Part shown: positions 56,857 through 64,000 of the stretch, piece after piece
How the letters are laid out: every line of letters begins with the position of its first letter
Position numbering within the stretch: the stretch's first letter is position 1
IMG/VR virus record: IMGVR_UViG_3300020195_001430
Span: 1,290 to 65,289 of that record
Length of the DNA stretch: 64,000 bases
Reading direction: 5' to 3' (one strand)
From: a virus
Lineage: Duplodnaviria > Caudoviricetes
The notes under the pieces: model-generated
What the model was told of the DNA's origin: nothing
Database searches by the model: none
What the model saw: the letters and a program-made list of their open reading frames with translations, nothing else
Position numbers and translations under genes: made by a program

Positions 56857-57255
56857 ATGGAACTGCTTATTGTCGGCATGGCGTTTCTCATCGGATTCGG
56901 CTCATATCTGGCTTTTGCGAGGCCAGTTCAACCAGACCAAGTGCATTACGAGCTTCAGGACGCCAATTTATGGCTCAAACCTGAAGAGGAACTGGCTCAA
57001 ACAGCCCCAGCCCCATTCAACCAACCAGTGCCACCATGCGTTCCTTCTTCAAACTCTGACGAAGAGGAGGAAGACGATGACGACATGGACGAAGAAGATG
57101 ACTACGACGATGACGAAGACGACTACGAGGATGAGGAAGAGTACGATTACGATGACGAGGAAGAGGAGGAAGAGGAGGAATGGGACGACGATGACGACGA
57201 GGAAGATGACGAGGAAGATGACGAGGAAGAAGACGAGGACGACGATATTTGGTGA
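56857..57255 (+). CDS. membrane-anchored protein with a long Asp/Glu tail and a 15-aa DnaE-like segment
   Basis: N-terminal TM segment; ELQDANLWLKPEEEL; acidic tract of about 65 aa. Confidence 0.65.
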   Translation: MELLIVGMAFLIGFGSYLAFARPVQPDQVHYELQDANLWLKPEEELAQTAPAPFNQPVPPCVPSSNSDEEEEDDDDMDEEDDYDDDEDDYEDEEEYDYDDEEEEEEEEWDDDDDEEDDEEDDEEEDEDDDIW

Positions 57256-57270
57256 AATCCAAAAAGTCGC

Positions 57271-57303
57271 TTGACAATTCCGTTCGGTGCCTTATTATAT
57301 ACT
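57271..57303 (+). promoter_or_regulatory. sigma70-type promoter for tmRNA
   Basis: TTGACA at 57271 with TATTAT/TATACT downstream. Confidence 0.6.
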
Positions 57304-57336
57304 CTGAAGCAGGTGCTCATGGCTTGCTTCCCAATC

Positions 57337-57709
57337 GGGGTCGATTGGCTTCGACATGGTGACGTGTGTGCAATGTGGCGATCCGAGGCTTGTGTGGTGG
57401 ACTCGTAAAAACCAGACAAAAAACCAACTGGCAACACTGTTGCTCCTCTCCGAATGGCCGCTTAAGCGGTGCCGGGTGTAACAGCCCGGCGAGAATGATC
57501 CGACGACGCCTGATAGTCGGAATCATCAGCATCAGGATTAGTCCAACAGACCGCTGTCGTAGGTCGAAGTGGACGAGAATCAAATCGACTGGTCTTCATG
57601 AAGCCGTGTCTTCTTGGGCGTTGTGAAGATGAGATCAAACCGCAGACTATGATCGTAGAGGCGTGCAGGCAGGCACTTATGGACAGGGGTTCAATTCCCC
57701 TCGACTCCA
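57337..57709 (+). ncRNA. ssrA: tmRNA; predicted tag (A)GNTVAPLRMAA*
   Basis: Acceptor stem GGGGUCG/CGACUCC-A with G3.U, TTCGAC near the 5' end, T-arm GGGG-TTCAATT-CCCC, and tag ORF 57430-57465 ending AA-stop. Confidence 0.93.
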
Positions 57710-57712
57710 CTG

Positions 57713-57749
57713 AAAAAGGCCCGGAAGAGAAATCTTCCGGGCCTTTTCG
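57713..57749. terminator. bidirectional intrinsic terminator
   Basis: AAAAGGCCCGGAAGA-GAAA-TCTTCCGGGCCTTTT. Confidence 0.88.
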
Positions 57750-57750
57750 T

Positions 57751-58137
57751 TTAGGTGGATCTGCGATTCGTTTCGCTTTCCAATCTGAGGCCCGATCCGT
57801 CGATCTTGGCCGATCCAGATATCTCTTCTGTAGAAGTCTTGCCAAAGAACGTCTTCAAGAAGGCTAGGGCACCAGTATTGACTTCATCCCACTGGTAGGC
57901 TGGAGCTTTCATGTACCAGACTCTGTAGGCAGTGATCGAGATCTCTTCTACTCCCTTTACGGCAAACAACCCATTGGCAAACGCATCTTGGGCTGTTGAA
58001 TCAAGAGCTTCATAATTCTCTTTTCCGATCTGGAATCTGTAATAACCAGCGGGATCTTCTCTTAGATGCACATACACGCCATCATCTGATGTGCCGCTCA
58101 TCTTGTTGTATTCTAGTTTGTATTTAAGACTGGCCAT
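57751..58137 (-). CDS. Nfu/NifU N-terminal-domain-like protein
   Basis: LFAVKGVEEI......YMKA...WDEV pattern; RBS GAGG. Confidence 0.55.
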   Translation of the reverse strand: MASLKYKLEYNKMSGTSDDGVYVHLREDPAGYYRFQIGKENYEALDSTAQDAFANGLFAVKGVEEISITAYRVWYMKAPAYQWDEVNTGALAFLKTFFGKTSTEEISGSAKIDGSGLRLESETNRRST

Positions 58138-58197
58138 ATTTACCTCTTGCAACAAATGTGCAAATCTTGTAACTTCTGTAGTTATGCAGGACGATAA

Positions 58198-59265
58198 ATG
58201 AAACTACAACACAAACACAAAGTTGAGATTCTTCCAGAATCAATAAGAGTCTTAACTAATATTGTGAACAAACTCAGGGAGAAAAAGATGTCTTTGTACA
58301 ACGAAATAGGCGAATGTTCATCCATGGACCCAGTTGATGATTGGGACGATGATGCAGAAGAATTGGATGTTAGCCCAAAGTATTGTCAGTGGGGCACATC
58401 TGATGGCAAAATCTTCATGCCATCCAGCAAAACAGTCAGTAAACTGACTCCGGGTGTCTATGAGATCGACATGAGTCCGCAAGTTGGACTTTACTTCGAG
58501 AAGGTTCCTGTAAAAACAGAGGGACTGCTGCGGTTCCCGGACACCAATTCCGACAAAGTAGTCAGTGAGATTCAGAAGTTCTGGGATCGTGAGAACGTCT
58601 TCAGAGAATATGAAATCTCCTACAAGCGTGGAATCATTCTTTATGGCCCTCCCGGTTCTGGCAAAAGCTGTACAGTGCAATTGATTATGCAGGACGTGGT
58701 GCAGCGACAGGGAGTTGTTCTGGAGTTCGATGAACCAAATCTATTCATCAGTGGCATGAGAGTTCTGCGTCAGATTCAACCAGAAACTCCCGTTGTGGTT
58801 ATCATGGAAGACATCGACTCCATTCTTGAGATGTACAACGAGTCGTTGATCTTAAACATCCTCGACGGCGTGAATCAGATGGACAAGGTTGTCTTCTTGG
58901 CAACCACCAATTACCCAGACAAGCTGGGCCATCGCATCATGAATCGCCCAAGTCGATTCGACAAACGATTCCGCATCGGATTCCCTTCAGATGAATCACG
59001 CCGGATGTACTTTGAACATTTGATTGGGCAGGAGAATATCTCCAAACTCAAGATCGACCTTGATAAGTGGGTTTCTGACACAAACGAATTCAGCATCGCT
59101 CACCTTAAGGAATTGTTCGTTGCTGTAATCATTCTCGGCGATGAATACAAAGACGCCTTGAAGACCTTGAAGAAAATGAAGGAAGACATCAAGGACAAGG
59201 ACTACGAAGCCACGATGGGCTTCGGAACATCTAGTAACAACAAAGCAGAGGATTATTACGACTAG
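58198..59265 (+). CDS. AAA+ ATPase (single domain)
   Basis: RGIILYGPPGSGKS, MEDID, LDG, TTNY and RPSRFD; the start may be 58288. Confidence 0.92.
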   Translation: MKLQHKHKVEILPESIRVLTNIVNKLREKKMSLYNEIGECSSMDPVDDWDDDAEELDVSPKYCQWGTSDGKIFMPSSKTVSKLTPGVYEIDMSPQVGLYFEKVPVKTEGLLRFPDTNSDKVVSEIQKFWDRENVFREYEISYKRGIILYGPPGSGKSCTVQLIMQDVVQRQGVVLEFDEPNLFISGMRVLRQIQPETPVVVIMEDIDSILEMYNESLILNILDGVNQMDKVVFLATTNYPDKLGHRIMNRPSRFDKRFRIGFPSDESRRMYFEHLIGQENISKLKIDLDKWVSDTNEFSIAHLKELFVAVIILGDEYKDALKTLKKMKEDIKDKDYEATMGFGTSSNNKAEDYYD

Positions 59266-59318
59266 ACGCCATCGTGATTTTTCTGTAAGCTGGTCCTTTC
59301 AATCAAGGAGGATGAACG

Positions 59319-62300
59319 ATGAAAGAACGGTCCCGGCTTCTCAAGCTCTGTGTGAATGGTTTAGAGTCAAAAGGTCTCACCGGAGATGTTTATAAAGAAC
59401 GTCTCAAGAAAGAGATCAAGGCAATCGACGAGCAGGCAGAACACGAATACCTGCTCAATTTGCACGACAAATTTAAGTCGCAAGGATTGATTTTCCCTAA
59501 AAACGAAAACAATCTCTTTGTGGCCTATCTGCTGGGTCTGACAGATGATTTCGATCTTGCTGCCGAGCCTGTGTTTGTTCAGGGCGAGTTCCCGGACATC
59601 GACATCGACTATCTTAAAGATGTGCGTGATTATCTCAAACGCACATGGGCACCTAAGCAATGGGGCCAAGAGTTTATCTGTGAGATCGGCACATACGGCA
59701 CATCGGGTATCAAGTCGTCCATTCTGGACATGGCTCGTGTTCACAACGTCGAGAAAGACGAAATCCAATCCATCACTGTGAAGATGGAAGACAAGGATGA
59801 TGAAGGCAAGTTGCTGGAGTGGGACAAGGCTTTGGAGATGTATCCAGAGTTTAAGTCTTACTGTGACCGGCACCCACAAGTTTCGGAAGCCGCACATCTT
59901 CTTCTCGACAGAAACCGTACTGGTGGAGTTCACGCCGGGGGTTTGATTATCTCCAGTGTTCCGATTGATGGATTTGTCCCTCTCGAAGTCCGATCAGTCA
60001 ACAAGGCCAATCCCAATGGCGTCATTTGTTCTGCGTGGACAGAAGGTCTAAACGCACAGGATTTGCAGCCAGTTGGATTGATCAAATTCGACTTGCTGGT
60101 CATCAACAACCTGATGCAAATCGCACAGGCTTGTAAGCTCGTCAAAGATCGTCATGGACTCACAAGTATCTGTGCTTTGCCCGGCTTGTGGGACTGGTCC
60201 GACATTTCTTACTTGAATGATCCCAAGGCCCTTGAGATGGCCAACAACGGTGATCTCAAGTGCATCTTCCAGTTTGACGGCGAAGGCATTCGCAAGATGG
60301 TCAAACGTGGCGGCGTCACGGTCTTCGATGACGAAGCGGCCTACTCTGCTCTGTATCGCCCCGGCCCACTGAACATGGGCATGGATGCCAGATACTGTAA
60401 GCGGAAGAGATGGGAGCAAGACAAGAACCATCCAGACGGTGAGCCATACAACATTCATCCGTTGATGAAGCCGATTCTCGGAAAGACCTATGGCGTTCTG
60501 GTTTATCAAGAACAGGTCATGGACATTCTGCGTGTTGTTGGGTTGATTCCCGACATGCACACAGAGAAGGTACGAAAGGCCATCTCCAAGAAGAAGGTCA
60601 AAGACTTCATCAAGTACAAAGAACAGTTCATCGAAAATGGACAGAGAGTTCTGGAAGTCAATCGTGATTTCGTGGAAGACTTGTGGAACCAGATTGAGTC
60701 TTTTGCGGAATACGGTTTTAACAAAAGTGTACTCATGTACACTAAAATTCCATATGTTGGCGGAGTTAAATGTATTAAAGATTTTGTGCCCGGAGATATG
60801 GTTTACTGTGTTGATGAAACCGGAGCAACAGTAGAAACAGAAGTGGTTGCTTTGCATGATCATGGGGAAATAGAAGGATTTGAGGTCACTTTTGATGATG
60901 GATACAAAGTGACGTGTTCAGCCAATCACAAATTTCTTACAGAAAAAGGTCAGGTTTCTTTGAGGAATATTTGCAGAACACGCTCTTATATATTGTCTAC
61001 TCACAATATAAGGAGTTTGTATGCCGACAAAGAAACAGGATGGATGGAAATCTCTTTGCAATCAGGAGTTTCCAAACAGGAAGGAATATCACGATCATCA
61101 GAAGAATTGCATTCAATGCGAAACAGCGAGAGTACAGCAGAAGCTGGAGAAATCGAAGTTTGTTGCTCGATGCGGAGAGAAGATGTTAACCAGAGAAATA
61201 ATGTGGGAACATCACAGGTCTTGCGAAAAATGCCTTCAATTGGCATGGAAGAACGAAGAAACACAACATCTCTCAAGATGCGGGATCGAGTTCCGAACAT
61301 ACAGAGAACGGGAGGAACATCTAAGGACTTGCGATGTTTGCAGTCAATTGAAACAGAAGAATATTCAAGAACGAATGGAGAAACTCAACAAGGACAATTT
61401 GGCTCCAGAAAAGAAGAAAATATTTTCAGACACGGCACGAAAAACATCTGCTCGACCAGAGTTGCTAGCTCAACGAGCGGCAAATCTCAAAAAATGGAGA
61501 GAGGAGAATCCAGAGAAGTTTGCAAAATGCACAGAGGCGGCTTGGAAGAGTCCAAAGAGATCTCGAATGGAAGCATGGTTGAGAAATCAATTAGGATGGA
61601 GCTTCGAAAGGATTCTTTGTGGGGAAATACAAAAACAAGTGGACTTCGTGAAGGACAAGATTTGGATCGAGGTGGACGGTTATTATCATTTCTTCGAGCA
61701 CAAGAGCAATTCGGAGAATCAGTACAGACTCCCGAAGGTTCAGGCACGAGATCAGATGCTCAACGAGGAGTGTGTCAAGAGAATGGATGTGATGCTTCTG
61801 AGGTTGAGCATGGAGTGTTTTCATTCTTCAACGGGTGCGATGAAGATAGAGATTTGGGATTGGGTGCAGGTCATGCTCCGATCACCGATACCGGGAATTT
61901 GGTGCCTCGGAAAATTGTACGAGTCGTGCCCGTGGGCAAATGCCACATGTTCGATCTTGAAGTTGCCAACCCAACACACAACTTCTTGCTCCCAAATGGC
62001 GTTGTGACAAGTAACAGTCACGCTTATGCGTACACATACATTTCCGCACGACTGCTATGGTTGAAAGCACACTATCCGCTGGAGTTCTACACAGCGATCC
62101 TGATGTGTGAAGACGATCACGAGAAGTTCAAGCAAGTGAGAATTGACGCCAAGGCCCATGGAATAGAAATTTGCGGCGTGCAAATCAATCGTTCCAAGGA
62201 GAACTTCAACATCGAAGATGGGAAGATCTACTTTGGCTTCGGAAACATCAAAGGGATTGGTGTTGAGGTCGCCAAACGAATCGTTGAATGTCAGCCCTAC

Positions 62301-63383
62301 AAGAGCTTGGCTGATTTCCTCAATCGTTTTGGGACAGACGCTTCTGTACTCAAGGCATTGGTGGCTCTTGGCGTATTTGAAGAACCATACGACCGTGTTA
62401 CGCTCCGCAGTTTCTCCGAGTTCTACAAGGACAAAGCTGTCAAGCGACGGCAACGGGCACAGCGGTACGAAGCCTCGTTGGACAAGAAGAAGGATGAACT
62501 GGCAAATCACATCTTGACCTATCTGGCCGAGAATGACTCGGACTATCCTGATCCACAGGATCATCTGCAAGATCCGTTGTTCAAACAGATGTGTCAGTTC
62601 ACGCCAGAGGCAGATGCTCTTTGGAAGGAACATTTCGAGAAAAATTTGGTGAGCGTGCCGTTCAAGTATCGTGGGGAAGAACGCACCAAGCAGGTCTCTG
62701 CATACAAGATTCTTAGTGATCTGGCGGCAAAATACCAGACTACAGTGGCTACCTTCCAAGAGAAGGAAACCGACGATGACGACAATCCGACAGCCATCGA
62801 CAAGTTCGACAAAACAAAAGTTGTACTGGACGAAGAGGAAGAGTGCATTCTCAAGAGTGAACGCTGGTTGGGCGAGGAAAGGTCTTTCCCAGAGGCAGAA
62901 AAGCTTTACTACGGGTTCGAGTGGGTTCACCAGCTTGAAACGTGTGAGAAGTATCAAGGCATTACCTTCGACAAGTTTTTGGAAGAGTGCGAAGGTGGCG
63001 AGAACATGTGGGCCGTAGAGGTTCGTGTGGAACAGGTTCGCAAACGAACCAGCAAGAGCAATGTCGAGTTCTACTCCGTTGATATCGAAGATGCCAACGG
63101 CAAGATGATGGTGTGTAACATCTGGAAGGATGACATGACTCGTTGGAAGGACGAGATCAAGAAGGGCAAGTTGTTGAGAATGAGGGTTCGACCGCCGAGC
63201 GGTGGATTCAACACCTTGACTCTGGAATCGGTGCCAAGGCACGAAAAACTCAAGAAGTGGCCAGACAAGGCCAGCGATCCCAGAATCTTTGAACTCACGC
63301 CTCCAGAGCCGAAGAAGCCTGTTGAGCCAATCTTTGATGATTTTGGTTTAACTGATGAACCGGGCTGGGAAGAATTATCATAA
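59319..63383 (+). CDS. dnaE: DNA polymerase III alpha, C-terminal gene (palm, fingers, HhH, OB) with an intein
   Basis: FPDIDIDY, GVHAGG, IKFDLL, IFQF, LYRPGP, VYQEQ, YGFNK|SHAYAY, KAHYP.EF and IKGIG. Confidence 0.93.
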   Translation: MKERSRLLKLCVNGLESKGLTGDVYKERLKKEIKAIDEQAEHEYLLNLHDKFKSQGLIFPKNENNLFVAYLLGLTDDFDLAAEPVFVQGEFPDIDIDYLKDVRDYLKRTWAPKQWGQEFICEIGTYGTSGIKSSILDMARVHNVEKDEIQSITVKMEDKDDEGKLLEWDKALEMYPEFKSYCDRHPQVSEAAHLLLDRNRTGGVHAGGLIISSVPIDGFVPLEVRSVNKANPNGVICSAWTEGLNAQDLQPVGLIKFDLLVINNLMQIAQACKLVKDRHGLTSICALPGLWDWSDISYLNDPKALEMANNGDLKCIFQFDGEGIRKMVKRGGVTVFDDEAAYSALYRPGPLNMGMDARYCKRKRWEQDKNHPDGEPYNIHPLMKPILGKTYGVLVYQEQVMDILRVVGLIPDMHTEKVRKAISKKKVKDFIKYKEQFIENGQRVLEVNRDFVEDLWNQIESFAEYGFNKSVLMYTKIPYVGGVKCIKDFVPGDMVYCVDETGATVETEVVALHDHGEIEGFEVTFDDGYKVTCSANHKFLTEKGQVSLRNICRTRSYILSTHNIRSLYADKETGWMEISLQSGVSKQEGISRSSEELHSMRNSESTAEAGEIEVCCSMRREDVNQRNNVGTSQVLRKMPSIGMEERRNTTSLKMRDRVPNIQRTGGTSKDLRCLQSIETEEYSRTNGETQQGQFGSRKEENIFRHGTKNICSTRVASSTSGKSQKMERGESREVCKMHRGGLEESKEISNGSMVEKSIRMELRKDSLWGNTKTSGLREGQDLDRGGRLLSFLRAQEQFGESVQTPEGSGTRSDAQRGVCQENGCDASEVEHGVFSFFNGCDEDRDLGLGAGHAPITDTGNLVPRKIVRVVPVGKCHMFDLEVANPTHNFLLPNGVVTSNSHAYAYTYISARLLWLKAHYPLEFYTAILMCEDDHEKFKQVRIDAKAHGIEICGVQINRSKENFNIEDGKIYFGFGNIKGIGVEVAKRIVECQPYKSLADFLNRFGTDASVLKALVALGVFEEPYDRVTLRSFSEFYKDKAVKRRQRAQRYEASLDKKKDELANHILTYLAENDSDYPDPQDHLQDPLFKQMCQFTPEADALWKEHFEKNLVSVPFKYRGEERTKQVSAYKILSDLAAKYQTTVATFQEKETDDDDNPTAIDKFDKTKVVLDEEEECILKSERWLGEERSFPEAEKLYYGFEWVHQLETCEKYQGITFDKFLEECEGGENMWAVEVRVEQVRKRTSKSNVEFYSVDIEDANGKMMVCNIWKDDMTRWKDEIKKGKLLRMRVRPPSGGFNTLTLESVPRHEKLKKWPDKASDPRIFELTPPEPKKPVEPIFDDFGLTDEPGWEELS
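60726..62015 (+). mobile_element. intein (430 aa) in dnaE-C, Ser1 to terminal Ser-Asn, Ser+1
   Basis: Interrupts FNK|SH; block A SVLMYTKI...IKDF..GD.V, block B CSANHKFLT, blocks F/G MFDLEV...HNFLLPNGVVTSN. Confidence 0.88.
61021..62007 (+). CDS. Vsr/DUF559-like endonuclease nested in the +1 frame inside the dnaE intein
   Basis: Own RBS (AAGGAG, 5 nt before ATG); Cys/His repeats, a basic helical linker, then VDF....IWIEVDGYYHF...ARD....LLRL. Confidence 0.8.
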   Translation: MPTKKQDGWKSLCNQEFPNRKEYHDHQKNCIQCETARVQQKLEKSKFVARCGEKMLTREIMWEHHRSCEKCLQLAWKNEETQHLSRCGIEFRTYREREEHLRTCDVCSQLKQKNIQERMEKLNKDNLAPEKKKIFSDTARKTSARPELLAQRAANLKKWREENPEKFAKCTEAAWKSPKRSRMEAWLRNQLGWSFERILCGEIQKQVDFVKDKIWIEVDGYYHFFEHKSNSENQYRLPKVQARDQMLNEECVKRMDVMLLRLSMECFHSSTGAMKIEIWDWVQVMLRSPIPGIWCLGKLYESCPWANATCSILKLPTQHTTSCSQMAL

Positions 63384-63388
63384 TTTAG

Positions 63389-63421
63389 AAGAAGCCGCTC
63401 TTATAGAGCGGCTTCTTTTTT
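63389..63421 (+). terminator. intrinsic terminator
   Basis: AAGAAGCCGCTCT-TAT-AGAGCGGCTTCTT plus T-tract. Confidence 0.85.
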
Positions 63422-63433
63422 GTGGAGAGACAC

Positions 63434-64000
63434 ATGAAATACAGTACAATTTTTTTCGATTTCGGTGATACGCTGAATCATCCCCATCCAACAGAGCATT
63501 GGGCGATCTATCATTGGGTTCCAGATTTAATCAAGAAGCTTTACTCTTCTTCATACAGATTGGGAATCATTTCAAACACCAGTCGTTATCAGGATGGCTG
63601 GTGGGTCCGCAATAAGCTGGCCGAACATGGACTTCTGCAATATTTTGAGATGGTTATCTCAAGTGCCGCATACGGCGTACACAAACCAGACATGCCGATC
63701 TTTGAGAAAGCATTGAGGTTCATGGAAGTCGATCCATACAAATGTGTCATGGTCGGCGACAACATGAAGTGTGATGGCGGATCTCAGTATTTTGGCATGA
63801 AGTATCTGTACGTCAAACCTCAATCAAATTGGTCTGAATCTTTGTTGACTCTGTTGAATGATGAGTTCCCAAAGACGAGGAAACTAAACAATTTGGCCGA
63901 ATGTAACATTCACGGCAACACTTTAGTTTCAAGGGCACGTCACTTTAGCGAAGTGGTCGAAGCTGGAGATTTGATTGTGGCCAAGGGTTGGGGACGGTAG
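63434..64000 (+). CDS. HAD-superfamily hydrolase
   Basis: FFDFGDTL, IISN, KPD..IF and MVGD...CD. Confidence 0.9.
   Translation: MKYSTIFFDFGDTLNHPHPTEHWAIYHWVPDLIKKLYSSSYRLGIISNTSRYQDGWWVRNKLAEHGLLQYFEMVISSAAYGVHKPDMPIFEKALRFMEVDPYKCVMVGDNMKCDGGSQYFGMKYLYVKPQSNWSESLLTLLNDEFPKTRKLNNLAECNIHGNTLVSRARHFSEVVEAGDLIVAKGWGR

Noticed and set aside
6498-57246. Short tandem repeats (12-bp units at about 6498-6530, TCATCG at about 28474-28507, ATGTCC at about 54395-54420, GAY/GAR tract at 57058-57246)
   Set aside because: All are in-frame low-complexity coding sequence (TSVT, poly-D, DM, D/E).
57680-57712. Stand-alone tRNA
   Set aside because: The T-arm and acceptor strand pair with 57337-57343 and belong to the tmRNA.
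51900-59400. Split intein joining the two dnaE genes
   Set aside because: No intein N-terminal block at the end of gene 1 and no C-terminal HN/C-type block at the start of gene 2.
5579-63242. Long antisense ORFs (5579..6460, 13642..14565, 29675..30526, 36062..37015, 43847..44614, 47028..47798, 62055..63242)
   Set aside because: They mirror strongly codon-biased genes and have no recognisable motifs, unlike the nested same-strand ORF at 61021.
1-64000. CRISPR array or cas genes
   Set aside because: No series of equal repeats with unique spacers was seen; the RuvC protein is a TnpB with IS ends.
1-64000. Stop-codon reassignment, as in some large phages
   Set aside because: Conserved genes are full length in the standard code, and TAA, TAG and TGA all end genes at expected positions.
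63434-64000. HAD protein as GmhB completing the heptose pathway
   Set aside because: It lacks the DRDG and CxCRKP motifs of GmhB and looks like a generic HAD hydrolase.

Overview
This window looks like part of a large (jumbo-type) dsDNA phage genome with T4-superfamily-like replication genes. It is densely coding, uses the standard genetic code, and has no CRISPR array or rRNA. Replication and recombination genes: the end of a DnaB/gp41 helicase, UvsY-like, gp32-like SSB, RecA/UvsX, a Hel308/Ski2-like helicase, a DEDDh exonuclease, and a DnaE split into two genes 7.3 kb apart. Nucleotide metabolism: dNMP kinase, thyA, folA, dCMP deaminase, MazG, NDT-like. Host-type auxiliary genes: ferredoxin:thioredoxin reductase plus thioredoxin, GlpX, HldE, glycosyl- and methyltransferases, a PrkA-YeaH-SpoVR triad, a MotA/ExbB-like membrane cassette, PspC, ADP-ribosylglycohydrolase and a tmRNA. 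Selfish elements: a TnpB-only IS200/IS605 element with readable ends, four HNH genes, a 227-nt group I intron in dnaE-N, a LAGLIDADG intein in SpoVR, and an intein in dnaE-C. The dnaE-C intein is the most unusual feature. Its endonuclease is not in the intein frame but is a separate gene with its own RBS in the +1 frame, giving about 1 kb of dual-coding sequence. Other notable items are a family of small proteins with a T4-CTS-like N-terminus behind TAnATA late-promoter-like motifs, a candidate structured ncRNA at about 3.3 kb, and a piece of dnaE copied into an acidic membrane protein. All product calls come from motifs recognised by eye; no database searches were run.
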